Below are positions 21,239-33,200 of a DNA stretch of 64,000 nucleotides, piece after piece. A model generated the notes under the pieces. It saw only the letters and a program-made list of their open reading frames with translations, did not search any database and was not told the DNA's origin. Position numbers and translations under genes: made by a program. Position 1 is the first letter of the stretch; each line of letters begins with the position of its first letter. The stretch is from Podarcis cretensis. Taxonomy: Eukaryota. The stretch is from contig OX638158.1 of the NCBI GenBank assembly GCA_951804945.1, forward strand, positions 20,088,001 through 20,152,000. The letters are read 5' to 3'.

Positions 21239-24200
21239 CTGCAAAAAGAAAGGAGGAAGGAGGAAATCATAGCACCCGTTGCAAAGCTCCTGTTGCTGAA
21301 ATACTATTCCTAACAGCCCTGTCCTAGTCTCACATGCCAATAGCTACAAATGTGCAGACGGAACCAGCATGGAATTGTGCAATAGTGAAGGGATGTAGCC
21401 TAGTGGCCAAGACACCAAACTCTGTCCCTGCTTCAGATCGACAAAGTAGGAACTACGCAGACCTATGTCTCAGGCGGTTGTTGGGCATAGAAATCTGCGC
21501 TACAGAAAGCCAGTGTAATTTACTCTGGGGTAAATTATGCAAGTGTAATTTCCCCCAATTCCAAACTCCTTTCAGGAGCAGGGCTGCTGTCAACTAAGAC
21601 AGCCTGAGCCTGGCAGATGGAATACAAGCCTTTAAAATAGTTCAGCTAAACACATTTTTGCCAGGTTAACTTCTGTTGAGTTTCTAGGTTCTGTGACCAA
21701 ACTGAAAGGAGTTTGGAATAGGGGTAAGTCCCCCACTGCTGGCTTGTCCCCCTCCACACCACATCCTTTTTGCAGGGACTTACTCAACCCCTAGGGGACG
21801 CGGGTAGGGCTGTGGGTTAAACCACAGAGCCTAGAGCTTGCCGATCAGAAGGTCGTCGGTTCGAATCCCCGCGATGGGGTGAGCTCCTGTTGCTCTGTCC
21901 CAGCTCCTGCCAACCTAGCAGTTCGAAAGCACGTCAGAGTGCAAGTAGATAAATAGGTACCACCCTAGCGGGAAGGTAAACAGTGTTTCCGTGCGCTGCT
22001 CTGGTTCGCCAGAAGTGGCTTGGTCATGCTGGCCACATGACCCAGAAGCTGTACGCCGGCTCCCTCGGTCAATAAGCGAGATGAGCGCCGCAACCCCAAA
22101 GTCAGTCATGACTTGACCTAATGGTCAGGGGTCCCTTTACCTTTTTACTCAACCCCTTCTGAGCCTTACACCATCAAAATACACTCTGAATAGAATATTC
22201 TAATGTATATGCCCAAATGAGTGATTTGATGGACCTCCGACTCCTAACTTACCCCTGCCTAGTTATCTCTGAATCACTTTCTGCCCTTCTTTGTTCCTCA
22301 GCAAAGGACCACATCCATGGGCAGAGCTTGCAAATCTTCTTACCTTGATATGCTCAATCCCCCCCATGTTCATCCAGGCTTGTGCTTGTTCCGGGTTGAA
22401 GTCTACAGCAACTTTATAGCTCTAAATTAAGATGAAAAACAAAACAAAGCCCAAATGTTGGAACAATCCTGCCCACAGTGCGGAAATCTCAAGAGAGGCC
22501 AGTAAAGGAACGTCACTAACATGCCTTTCTGAAATCTCCTCAGAGCTACAAGTGATTTCAAAAACTGCTTCACAGTTTTATGTGCTTACAATAGGATGGT
22601 ACCATTCTGTTAAGGCTCTGAAAAGCTATTTCTTGGGAGAGCAGGTGGGGGAGGCAGGGGCACAGATTGCAAACTAGAACCTCGGGAGGTTATAATGCTT
22701 GCACTGAATTGGAGGAGAGCATTATGAATCATAGAGATTTCAGAATGGAGTGTCAGCAACATTCCTCCAGAAGACTGGGTAATAAAACACGTGCTTGATC
22801 ATAGGAACGAGGACACACAGTGCTGAATCTTAAACAGACCAGATTTACAGGATGTCTGCCTGCATCTCTGGCTTCACCCCTTTGCCACATAAATCGAACA
22901 GCAATCTCAGGGCACCCAACTGGGGGAGCAGGGATACAGGATTCCTAAAGTGCCTTCTTCATGGGGCACCCCATTTGCCTCATCATCCTCAGCTGTGTGG
23001 GGGCCCACTTGAATGTATGCCAACCAATCTGAAGATCTGTGTGCTACATTAAATGAAACAGGTGGCTGGTGAGTTAAGACAGCCATATGGTTTTTAATTA
23101 TTATTATTATATTTACCTCAAAAGCTTTGTCCAGGTGATTTTGTTCTCTTAGCTGGTTTCCTTTAGTGAAAAAGAGTTCTGATATGACTTTGGGGTCCTT
23201 TGGTTTCAGCTGTAGAGCTTTGTCTATGGCTTCAAGCGCCTGAACAAACACACAAACAATGATAAATATGGGTCATTTGAGCAGAACTCCTATAATATTT
23301 TGGTGTTGATTCACACATGTTTTTAGGTGTACACATAAACACATGTAATGTGTGAATGAGACCCATTTGTATCATACAGGTATTCTCATCACAGAACCAG
23401 AACTGGCTATGGTTTTCTGACAAGTGTCCAGCCGGTCACAAACTTGGTTTTGCTCCTCCACAATGTGTGGAACAGATCCAAAGTCAGAGGTGAACATGGG
23501 TGTAAATGCTTTTGCAGACTTCATAATATTTTGTCAGTAGCCTGTACCTTGTTGTTCCTGTCCCCTTTTAACACTGAGGAAAACATCCCTACTTCATTCT
23601 GAAAGCACCAATATTTTTGTTATTGGACATACAACCCTGCTCTTTGCTGCAGTACTGATAAGGCAATTTGTGTAGCTACTTTTTGCCATTTTTTTCTGGC
23701 AAGAAAACTAACATTTCACCAGCAGTTGGATCCTCAGTACCACTTGCTGAAGGAAGTTGGAAAATGGAGTCTCTCCTCTACTTCTCCAGAAAAGTCTCTT
23801 CTGAGAATCAGGGGACCCTACTGGGTGAGACTGGCGGTTGATGGGAGGTTGATAGGAGAGGGTGGAATTACATCAAACTAGGCAGAGTTACTAGGCAGAG
23901 TTGAGGAGGGTCTCCTGAACATCTGGAGAGGCTTCTTGAGATTGCTGAAGGAAGTAGGGGAAGGGAAAATCTCATTCCAGCAGCTTTCTTCTGCAAACGG
24001 TTCTTAGACCCAAGCTGAGATCTTAACACTCAGTGACAATACATGCACAAAGCCACATGATGTCTGGGTTGGCTTAAGGGTTATTGCTATGCATCATTAT
24101 AGGACTATCTCCACCTGATGGGTGGACAAAGGCTGATCTCCTAACCAAGTGCTTTGACTGGAAGATTTCCCACCAGAACAACATTCCTACCTTGTTGTAG

Positions 24201-27200
24201 TTCTCTTGCTTGCTGTAGATGGCTGACAAAAGGCGGTAGCACTCCAGGCATTCTGCCTCCTCAGTCACAATATGATTGGTCATTTGTTCCGCTTCCTTGG
24301 TTTGCCCCATCATTGCTAAAACTTGAGCCTACAAACAAACAAACCCTAAAAGGTGTCCTGATTGGAGGAGCTCATATTTACAAGCATTTTGTGTCATCAC
24401 AGGAGTTTATAGGATGACTTTCCAATTCTATCAGAACGCCTCACATACCGATGGCAACTAATCAAAGGCATCTCCCAAAAAGATACCTCTGACATGATCT
24501 GTCTCCCTTTTTCTCTTTTACTGAAGAAGAACAGGATATTTTAATGCTCTCATCACCACAGAGGTGTCTGTGGAGGGGATATATATTTTCAAAATGTCCA
24601 GCCAACCAGATTGGCAGTTGGGTTCCTACTGAGGATATTTGGTGAGCCAACATGACAGTGATGTGGGATTGAGGAGTGGAGAGATCATTTTGTGATATTA
24701 TGGCAGCGGACAAAGCTGCATTGCAACTTTTGAATAAATGTTTACTTTAATTAAAAAAAAAAATTAAAAAGGGGGGTAACTTTCCAGTGAGTGAGCATTG
24801 CAACACTGGAACCTCACTGGATGAGATGTTACCATGGAGAAAGCCACCCACCTCAACTCAGAGGGTGGGCACCAGAGCTGGATGATAATAATCTGAACCC
24901 CTGGCTGGTTTATATGGGAGCAGGCCATTTTTCAAATGCTCTGGTCTTAGCCCATTTAGATCTTTAAAAGGCTAATACCAGCACTTTGAATTGAGCCCAG
25001 AAGCAAACTGGCAGCCAGTCAAGATCTCTAAGTACCAGCATTACAGCTGTCTAACTAGCTGATGCCAGGGCATTGATAAATGTAGTCAGATCACTTCTCA
25101 ACATCAGCTTTGGGAAACTTGGACTCATATACTCCTTCCCCGTTCCTCTTCCAGCATGGCTGCAAGAAAGAAATCAGAAGCCTGCATTTTTATTAGAATG
25201 ACCACAGTTTAATATTACATTCAAACCATAAGCTGTGGTTAATTTTAACTATGGTTTGTTGAAACAAGCTAACTTCTTAAGCTATAGTTTGAAGTTGCCT
25301 TGTTTCAACAAACCATAGTGACTATTAGCCACTGTCTGTGGGGTTTGAATGACACAGCAAGCAGTGCTTAACTGAAAACAGAAGTAGGAGTCTTCAAACT
25401 CTTCTTCATAGTCATGCTGGAAGAAAAGTGGGAGTGTGCAAACCCAAAGCTTGGGGATGGCTCATTCTCATAATGCAAAACCATGGTTTAGTGGTACATC
25501 TAAACAGTCCACTTCCTCTCCCAGACCTAACTGCAAGCAGAAGCAACTGCAAAGCTGAAATCCACTGACCTTCACAGAGTCAGGAGTAGAGGAACTGTTC
25601 CTTTGACACGGAAGGACAGTAGCCCTTGCTATGGTTCCAATGGTCAGTATGATATAACTCCCCCTCCTCTGCCACACACACTCACATACTCACCAGAGCC
25701 AGCCGAGTCTCCTTGTTGGATGGTTGAAGTGCTGCAGCTTCCCTGTACACCTTTAAGGCATCTTCATATCTCCCTGTGTTATAATACAGAGCTCCAAGAG
25801 GAGACAAGATTTCAGCCTTCCGTGCTACTTTTAGTGCCCTAAATGTTGGCAACCAAAAGGAGGGGAGCGGTGGAAACAAGGAAGCAAATAGCATGGATTG
25901 AAATGTGCCTGGTGTTAGGCTCCAAAACAAATACACGAGCAGTTATATAGGATGCTGCCTTATACAGAGTCAGGCAATTGGTTCTCCTAGCTCCGTATTG
26001 TCTATACCATTGGGATTGAGCTTGAGACCTTCTGCATGCAAGGCAGATGTTCTCCTACTGAGCTACAGCCCTTCCTAAGGTTCACAACAAGGCTTTCTGC
26101 CATCGGGGGGCAGGGAGGATATTTCATCCAGTCTTCCCCCTGCCCCTCCTTCTATCATCATGATAGCTACTCCCCTCGCCTATTGATGCCTTCCTTGTGG
26201 CTTTACTTCCATGGCAACAACTACATTATTCTGCATTTCAGGAAATAACCCAAATTAGTACAGTTGCAATAAATGGCATGAGCCAAGTGCATTATGCAGT
26301 TATCGCTTACATCATTTGATCAGAAAATTGGCATTTACATTGTCCTTTGTAAACATCTGGGATTTCTTACAAATAGATGCCTTGAGCCCCAAAAAAGGAA
26401 TTTGACACTATAAAGTGGCACACACATCCCCATCCTGCCTTGCCTTACCGTTTGTACCAAGTTTCAGCATCTTTGTTCTGCCCCAAGGAGCGGTACAGCC
26501 TGCCAAGGTTCACCATGGCCACATGATGACTGGGGCTAAGCTGAATGGCCTTCTGGTAGTGGGAAACTGCAGTCTCTGGAGATCCTAGGAAATAAAGAGG
26601 GTTTGTTTATTTCTTCTCATTACATATCCTGCAAAGCTATTATGGGTTCTGTTCGTGCTCATGTATTTGGGAATGCATATGAAAACCAACCACACCTTCA
26701 AGAAGAGTCTGAAAAACTGTGTTCTTCAATCCTAGGTCACCTGAATCTTGTGCATTATTTGTATAACGTTTTAAACCCACCTTTCCTCCAAGGAAACCAA
26801 GATGCCACACATAGCCTTCAACACATAGCAAGGGACTATGAGACAAGGGGCAGGGAGCTGAAGAGCTGCGTGGGGAACACGGAGAAATGCTATTGGGTGA
26901 CAGAGAAAAGGTGGAACTACTCAACACCTACTTTGCCTCTTTCTTCGCCCAAAAGAAAAGTAATGCCCAACCTTGTGATAACAGAATAAATGATGTAAGG
27001 AGAGAGCTGAAGCCCAAGATAGGAAAAGATGTAGTAAGGGAACACCTAGCTACTTTAAATGAATTCAAATCTCCAGGGCCTGATGAGCTGCATCCAAGGG
27101 AACTAAAGGAGCTTCCGGGTGTAATTTCACAGCCTTTGTCTATTATCTTTGAGAATTCTTGGAGAACAGGTGAGGTCCCTACAGACTGGAGGTGGGCAAA

Positions 27201-30200
27201 TGTTGTCCCCATCTTCAAAAAGATGAAAAAGGAAGACCCAGACAACCACCGACCAGTGAACTTGACATCAATACTAGGGAAGGTCCTAGAACAGATAATT
27301 CAACAGTTGGTCTGTGAGCATTTAGAAAAGGATGCTGTGATTACTAAGATCCAGCATGGGTTTCTCAAAAATAAGTCACGCCAGACCAATCTGATTTCTT
27401 TTTTTGATGGAATTACAAACTTGGTGGATCAGGGAAATGCTATGGACATAGTTTATCCTGATTTCAGTAAGGCATTTGACAAAGTTCCCCATGACGAAGC
27501 TGGTAAAATGTGGGTTGAACGAGGTAACTGTTAGGTGGATTTGTAGCTGGTTGACTGACCAAACCCAAAGAGTATTCATATACAAAGATTCTCCAAATAC
27601 ACACAAACATATTTATCCTCACAACAACTATGTGAGAGGTTAGGCGGAGAGATGCTGATTAGTCCAAGGTTACCCAACTTAAGAACCTTCAGAAAAGCCT
27701 GCTGGAGAAGGCCAATAGCCCAGCACCCAATTCTCAAGTGGCCAACCAGATGCCTATGGGAAACCAGCCAACACAACATGAGCACAAGAGCCCTCTCCCC
27801 TCCTGTGGCTTCCAGCAACTGGTATTCGGAAGCATTGCTGCCCCCAACCGTGGAGGTAGGCCATAGCCTTCATGGCTAGTAGCCACTGATAGCCCTCTCC
27901 TCCATGAAAAGAGAAGAGCTGTCATAGAAGAGTGGGGATTTGTACCTGAGACTTAAGTGCAGCATCCCTAATCACTACACCACACAGGCCAGCCTAACTG
28001 ACCCCATAGGGCTAATGTGGGGGGGGGGATGCATTGTTCATGGAAGTTAGTGGGGGTGGAGATTACTTGCCCAAGGTTACCATCTGCACTTGGCAGAGGT
28101 GGTCTTTATTTATGATGTAAATAAAAGTATAACCTGCTCCTCTAACGATGCTAAAAGAAGCTTGCAAGAAAAGCTTTTTTTCTTAAAGACACTAACATTT
28201 TTTTTTAAGACACTAACATTAAATAGGAAAAAACAAAACAGCACAGTTACAGGTATTTTATTCCTTCTATCAATAAATAGGTTGGTTTGGTCTAAAGTGT
28301 CCTTTCGTGGCAAAACCTAAGACTGTATTTATGGATCGCCACAGGATGGAGCTGCTTGACTATATTTTTCATGGACAGACCTGACAGATGAAATCTTGGA
28401 GAAATCCATTACAGCAGAGAAGAAGAGAGCAAGAGAGCGCTCAAGCTGTGTGTAAACTGATTAAGTAGTATCATTCATCAGTGTCTTATGCTTAAAAAAA
28501 AGCCAACAACCCACAACCGATGTGTTGATGTTAATTTCATCCTGCAGAAAAGTTACAGATTGCCAGCCTTGGGAAGCAAACAGCTATATAAGATAAATTT
28601 TGTACATGAATCTACTGCCTGTCACATGGAAACATCTTCCACAGCAGTATGCACGCATAATCTGCATGTGAAATGCAAATAAATACGTCAAGGTTAAAAA
28701 TAACCAATGTTTAAGAATTGTAAAATAAAAGGGGGGGGGGCGCCTCTTGTTAATTTCACTTTATTTGAAACTTTTGGTCATGCCCTCAAGGCCAAAGCAT
28801 ATTTACAGTGATTCAAGACCCTTCAACTGTTTTATTCACAGCAAACTCCCATCTCTCACAGCAATAGAATCACAGAATTGTAAAGTTGGAAGGGACCCCG
28901 AAGGACCATCTAATCTAGTGTTTCCCAAACTCGAGTCTCCAGCTGTTGTTGGACCACAACTCCCATCATACCTGACTGCTGGTCCTGCTAGCTAGGGATG
29001 ATGGGAGTTGTAGTCTAAGAACAACTGGAGACTCAAGTTTGGGAAACACTGATCTAGTCCAACACTCTGCTACACAAGAATATGCAGCTGTCCCATATGG
29101 GTATGAAATCTCAACCTTGGCGTTATCAGCACTACACTCTAATCAAGTGAGATACCCAGGCCAATCTAGACGACTGTAATGAACTCTTACCTTGGGCTCC
29201 CCTTTGTGCTTACCTTCAATGCTAGTCCTGTAGAGAGCAGACCTACTGAAATTAATTAACTTAAGCTAGTCATGTTCATTAACATCAATGGGTCTACTTT
29301 GAGTAGGACAGCACTGAATACCACTCTGAAGCTGCAATGGTTACAGAACAAAGTGTCCTGCCTCTTGGCAAGAGTGCTAGGAAGAAATGCCATCTGTGCC
29401 TCTTGTACCTGCGTTGGTGTTCTATAGCTTTCAGGATATGAACTGTGGTTCTGGTTTTGATTATAAACCTCTAAATGTCTTAGCCCAGAGGTTTTCATCC
29501 TTTTTGAGCCCACATCTCCCTTGACCAACTACATTCTTTCTGTGGCACCCCTGTGGGGCTGAGGAGCCCAATTATGTCACCCTTTGCCTGCAGAGCTAGC
29601 AGCCCCTCACCCCTTTCCAAGCACTCTCCCTTGTGGAGTGCTCCCTCAGCCTCCTCTCTTATCCCCTCTCCTTGGGACTTCTCTGGGAAGCCGCCGCTGC
29701 CGCCCCTGGTCTCTGAGCTGCCCCCTCCCCAAAGAGAGGTGCTTCTTCACATTGCCCCACAGGGGCCTGGGAAGCACCCCCTGGACAGCCCCAGAGGCAC
29801 CATTCGCCTGGGAAGCTTGTAGCCAGGGCTGCTGCAACAATCAGTTGTGCAAGCCTTTGGGGGGCAGAGACGCGAGAGGGAATCAGAAGAGGGAGGGAAG
29901 GAAAGAGGGACAGAGGCCAGTGTTGCCCACAGCACCCCTGACTATCATTCAAGGCACCCCAGGTGCAAGCCACTTCGACTTTACTTATTTTATTTTTATT
30001 TATTCATTGTGCTTATATTCCACCTTTATCTCAAAGGAGCTCAAAGTGGAGTACATGGTTATCCCCCCTCATTTAATCACAACAACAACCCTGCAAGGTA
30101 GGGTTAGGCTGTTTGTTCCGATTCTGCATTAAAGAGTGGCCTTACCTGGGGGAAAGCTATGGGGCAAACCAAAACAAACAAAAGCACTTGGACACTGACC

Positions 30201-33200
30201 GGGAAATGCCAAGAAATGCAGAGCAAAGTTAAGTGTGGACTCATCAAGAGTATCTCTTATACAATCTACCTGAATACTGAATCCATGTAACAAGAGGAAT
30301 GTACAAAAGAATTACCAAGTGTTTGGAGTTCAAGGAGCAAGTTAAACCTGAGCAGCTTCTGAAAGCAAATTAAAATGTTCCTGGCTGAGCCACAGTTAAG
30401 CTAGTTAAAGCTTCATATTATTGTAAGCATTTTATCCCAATGCCTTAACTTGCGGTTTCGGAAGAGTCGGGGTTGACAGTGACAGGCCTCTCCGTCACCT
30501 CCGCTGGCAGGAAAGCTCAGATGGCAACAGAAAGATTTGTCACAATCCCCAGCACTTTTAATTGCTGTGCTTTCCCCCTGTGCTGTCAAAAGCGTCTTTG
30601 GGGAGCGTGGGAGCAAGGAGATATATGACAGTATGAGGGCAAAATTGAGTGAGAGACATATTCCTCAAACCGTCTGTGTGCTTCTTATGCCTCTGACTTT
30701 GGAGACGATGCTAATAATCACAGTCCGTGAAAGGAATAAAAATGGCCCCTTTTATCACCTATCCAGGCTTCTTGAGGCAAGGCTGAGCATTCAACGGGCT
30801 TTTCAGAAAACTACTTTTTATTTTTCTAAATTTAAAGCGCTGAGATTCTCTACCCTGACCTCATCCAAGACCTTTGCAGAAGAGAACAGACTTGCAGCCT
30901 AAGGAGCAGGTGCCGGCCCTCTCAGGCAGAATGCAGATCAAGGCAAAGAGGAAGAATTTCTCCCACCACAGAAAAGCAACTCTGGCACTGCTTGGTGTCC
31001 AGGGGCTATTCTGAGGCTACAATAAGCTGCTTAAGAGGAGGAGAATGGAACGAACCCCAACAAAGTAGGGATATTAAAAATACATATATAGAAAACATCT
31101 ATACTACATTTCTGTCTAGCAAAAAAATAGAAGACAGCTCATTTCATTGAGGTTAGGTTTCAGAATGGCTGAATTTTTTTATTTTATTTAACACAATAAG
31201 AGTAAAAGACAGAGAAGGCAGTATTATTCCAAAGTGTATGTGTGCCAGGATGAATCTGGGGAGGTTTTGGATCTGCTAGATCTAAAGTTCTCCTACTCCA
31301 ATAAATCCTACCCCCCAAACCCACCTAGGAATAGGTTTGAGGGTGGGGAAGTACAGCAGCGTTAAGGCTGGCATATTTCTTTTCTCTCTGGCTACCCTAT
31401 CACTAGCATATTCTCTGGTTGGTGGAAAACTGGCTGGACTCAAGATTTGATAGTTCTTCCACCACAGGGTGCCTGTCACCACAATACAAAGGCAACAGGA
31501 TCACCAAAATTTACTTTTCCTGCTGTGGCTTTCAGAAGTGTTAATATGCACCCTCTCCCTTATTTTATCTCTGAGAAATGTTTGCTGCAGCAGTTGGAAG
31601 CCCAGATAGTTATGTAACCTTCCCTGTCAACAGCTCAGCCAATTGTCTGAAGTCTGTTTTGGAATGGGCAACCTGAGAGCCAAAAGATGTGGCTTACTTT
31701 CTTGGTCCACTATTCAAATTCAAGTCAATGTATGACGTGCCATTTGCAGTGACTACTTCTATTATGTTTGTGCCAAGGAGGGAACCGAAGCTACAGAAGC
31801 TGGATCTGAAAGACTCCGCATTCTGCCACGAGTCCTTTGCTGAGAAAACATACGTGCCTCCTTTTCCAAGTCACAGCATTTGTGTTTGCACAAAACAAGC
31901 CCACTGCAAAGCCTGGTTTTCTTCTGTAGCAGCTGTACTCTTCCTCTAGGAGCTGATGTGCAATTCTGAGCCACCACTGAGCTGCAGCAGGAAAGCCTGG
32001 GAAGCGGCCGAAGCATACATGCTTTCAAAGAGGTCATAGTGCATCACCATCAGGATATGGCAGGCAACCCTTTGGTGCCCAGACAGAAAGCAGGACAACA
32101 CTCTGCTGGCTTGAAAAGACAAGCACGTACCAAGAAGGTTGCCAGCTGGACATCACTGCTAATTGCAAACCCTTCCAAGCACACTTCCAATGACCACCCG
32201 ATGTGGATGCTGACTCATGAATTTATTCATTTGCACTGTGATCCTATACACGCTGATCAGAAATATGCCCCCACTGAGTTCAATGGAACTTACTCCCGGG
32301 AAAGTGTGCATGTGATTGCTTGGCTGGGAGTAAGCCCTCTTGAACTCAACGGTGCTTTGTTCTAAAAGACATGCACAGGTTTACACTGTCAGTTACCTAG
32401 GGTTTTAAGGACCCTAATGTCTAGTGCTCATGGCACACCTGCCCTGATAACCAGCTATGCATCTTTCTGCAGGTGGGAGGGACTATGGTAACACACATAC
32501 ACACACCATTGTTAAGATTGGAGGGTGGGTGTAGGATTGTACTGTTACAATTCTTCTCCTTTCATTATGCTTGGCCTCATTTACCCTCCCTGACATTTAA
32601 TCTCTCTGGTTGTGGTGAACCATGTGGGTTCATTTACAAATGTCCGTGACATCACCAAGTCACATATAACACTGCAACATCATAGAAAAACCGGAATGGT
32701 CACTGCAGTTAATCAGCGGGAGGTGGGGGCAGATGAGGGCAAGAGGGAAAAGAAGGAAAATGCAGAAAAGGAGCAGCAGCTGACGGGGGACCAAAAGGCT
32801 GCTGAACAATTTTGAAGTAATTTGGGTATGGTTGCAGCAGGTATCAAAACTGCCAAAAACGGGAATAACTTTTCAACACATCTGAAAGTTAACTAAAGAC
32901 AAATTGAGACATTTTGGTTCATTTTCACAGATGGCAACAAGAATGGGCATATTCGCTTTCGGGCACTTTGAATTACACAGATTAAGCTAATTGCCCTCTT
33001 GGTTCAACCAGAATATATCTAATAACCCCAGTGCAGTATGTACTTACCTGTGTCTACTAAGAAAACCCCATAGTTGTTGTGCAGATCGGAGCTCTCAGGA
33101 CAGTTCTCTATTCCAGCCCGGTACACTTCCTCTGCTTCTTTTAATTGGTCCTTAACACAAAAAGAGTTAGCAAACGTGGTTACCCAGAGGGCTGTCAGCC

